From a virus: DNA of 64,000 nt. Position 1 is the stretch's first letter, and each line of letters starts with the position of its first letter. Under the pieces are notes generated by a model. The model was given only the letters and a program-made list of their open reading frames with translations, ran no database searches and was not told the DNA's origin. The translations under genes were made by a program, and so were the position numbers. Location: the IMG/VR virus record IMGVR_UViG_3300042359_000621; one strand, written 5' to 3'. Shown piece after piece: positions 62,392 through 64,000 of this stretch.

Positions 62392-63221
62392 TGCGGTACA
62401 ATTACAATCTTCAATTTGATCGGGCGACTCCTGGCATGGGCGAGGGATCTATTAATTTTCCGAGGGTCAAAGCCCTTGTTTCTGTCAAGAATGCTGTTAA
62501 AGAGGTCTGGACTCTGGCGGTTCCTGCCTCCCCCACTTCTAGCACTACATATACCGTCAAATTAAACAACGGACTAGGTACGGCACGTTTTACAACCGAC
62601 GCTAGTGCCACTCAAGCGGAACTGCAAGCTGGTTTATTGAATGCAATCCGAATAAACCCTGCTTTTGGGCGACGAGGGATTGCTGCTGTTAGTGGGAATA
62701 ATGTGTTGTTTACAGCACTGGAATATGGTATCGAAAATATCCTAACAGTTACTGGTGCTAGTTTAACAGCAACTAAGACTACGGCGATGACCATACCTCT
62801 TCCTGTCCCATTCGGTCGGTTTGTCGCCAGAGCAAACACTGAAACCGATCCCAAAGTTGCAGGGCTTCCTACTGCTACTACTGACGTAATCCTGGGCATT
62901 ACTCGAATCGTCAAAGATATCGAAATGCAGCCTTTGATAAATCAAGGTGCAAGTTACGGTGGAACGACTTACCCATATCAAGATGTGATGGACGTGGTTG
63001 ACCGGACAGGAGAATCGTCAGGGATCTGGGTTGAATGTGTCGAGACGGATATCACAATTAATGATGCCGTCTACGTCTCTATTGCTGCGGGACACGAGGG
63101 GAAAGCAACAAAGGTGACAAGTGGCACGATTAATATCTCCACGAAGGCTGAGTTCAAGTGTTCCCCCGTAGTCACTAGCACTGGTGCGGTGTGCGTTTTG
63201 ATCGGCTTCAATGTTCCCTAA
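62391..63221 (+). CDS. Hypothetical head structural protein
   Basis: 276-aa ORF between the scaffold and capsid genes, with an ATGA-type overlap. Confidence 0.45.
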   Translation: MRYNYNLQFDRATPGMGEGSINFPRVKALVSVKNAVKEVWTLAVPASPTSSTTYTVKLNNGLGTARFTTDASATQAELQAGLLNAIRINPAFGRRGIAAVSGNNVLFTALEYGIENILTVTGASLTATKTTAMTIPLPVPFGRFVARANTETDPKVAGLPTATTDVILGITRIVKDIEMQPLINQGASYGGTTYPYQDVMDVVDRTGESSGIWVECVETDITINDAVYVSIAAGHEGKATKVTSGTINISTKAEFKCSPVVTSTGAVCVLIGFNVP

Positions 63222-63246
63222 TTTGTATAGAAAGAATTTATAAACT

Positions 63247-64000
63247 ATGATGAACTTTTCTGGGACTACAAGGTTAGATGCTGATGAAATCGGGACGTTC
63301 TTTGGCTCTCTGATGGATTTAGAGGCTCAGATAGATAAGGAATTTGACCTTGCGGACTATCCTTTCGCTGCTGGAGTCATTTGCCCTCTGAATATCCAAA
63401 ACAAGCCCTGGGCAAAAACCTGGGGGTATCGGTGGCTCCGCCACGTTGGGCAGTTCAAGTTAATCCGAAACTACACCACAGACCTTCCCGAAGTGGAACT
63501 GGTCTATGGCGAGATGAAGATGCCGATTCATAAATGGGGACAAGGCTATAGCGTCTCTGAGGATGATATCGCGGCTGTTAGTCGGATGGGCGAGAGTATT
63601 GAAGAAGACAAAATCTGGACAATTCAAGAAGCCGCACAACAAAAAATCAATCAGTTGGTGGCAAACGGGGATTTAGAAACCGGAATGCCCGGTTTCTTGA
63701 ATCATCCCCAAGCACTGCGATCTTATGCTCCCTTCCCTTTGAACGGGTCAGCAACATCACAGCAAAAACTGAGTGTATTAAATGATTGTGTTAATGCTCC
63801 GACTCGGCTGACCAATAACCGAGAGAAGCCGGACACATTGTTGATGGATTCGGAAACTTACGAACACCTCTCCTCGGATATTATTCAAATCGGCACATCC
63901 GCATTGGATCGTACGGTGTTAGAGCATTTCTTAAAAGTCAACCCCAATATCAAAGAAGTCGGCGTTGTGTCCGAGATGGCTCCTGACTATTTAGAGTCGA
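63247..64000 (+). CDS. Major capsid protein (partial, runs off the window)
   Basis: Open frame from the ATG at 63247 to the window end. It follows the scaffold, and the sequence resembles DUF2184/HK97-fold capsid proteins. Confidence 0.55.
   Translation, partial: MMNFSGTTRLDADEIGTFFGSLMDLEAQIDKEFDLADYPFAAGVICPLNIQNKPWAKTWGYRWLRHVGQFKLIRNYTTDLPEVELVYGEMKMPIHKWGQGYSVSEDDIAAVSRMGESIEEDKIWTIQEAAQQKINQLVANGDLETGMPGFLNHPQALRSYAPFPLNGSATSQQKLSVLNDCVNAPTRLTNNREKPDTLLMDSETYEHLSSDIIQIGTSALDRTVLEHFLKVNPNIKEVGVVSEMAPDYLES

Larger units (their letters stand above)
1..64000. mobile_element. Temperate cyanophage genome segment (unintegrated or episomal form) with early, replication, integration, tail, packaging and head modules
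   Basis: Phage hallmark genes throughout (TerL, portal, tail fibre, integrase, DnaB). An attP-like tRNA fragment sits internally with phage genes on both flanks. HIP1 GCGATCGC is abundant. Confidence 0.8.

Overview
This window looks like most of a temperate cyanophage genome, either unintegrated or episomal. The cyanobacterial HIP1 octamer GCGATCGC occurs roughly thirty times by eye, against about one expected by chance. An attP-like site lies in the middle with phage genes on both sides: the 3' half of a tRNA-Pro(GGG), four phased ATTAGACA repeats and a tyrosine integrase. Layout: (i) 1-3.5 kb, a glycosidase-like gene, an AT-rich gene pair of unknown function and a KGG stress protein. (ii) 3.5-20 kb, a long minus-strand early operon. 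It carries a Dam-type MTase, a RuvC-like resolvase, a membrane-anchored P-loop NTPase fused to GIY-YIG, a rhomboid protease within ten consecutive membrane or secreted proteins, an ASCH protein and several HTH proteins. (iii) 20-29 kb, a plus-strand replication module: an initiator with internal iterons, DnaB, a C5-MTase and a truncated IscB-type N-terminus behind a structured leader. (iv) 29-34.8 kb, int, dTMP kinase translationally coupled to an unlisted nblA homolog, and an exonuclease. (v) 35-49 kb, minus-strand membrane, tail, tail-fibre and TerL genes. (vi) 49-64 kb, the head module with portal, scaffold and a partial capsid gene. The most interesting items are a head-module gene family with a shared N-terminal module and swapped C-terminal payloads (one ADP-ribosyltransferase-like), two inverted paralogous cassettes ending in a PD-(D/E)XK-like domain with a covarying leader hairpin, and the NTPase-GIY-YIG operon. 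All functional calls come from motif reading by eye; no searches were run.
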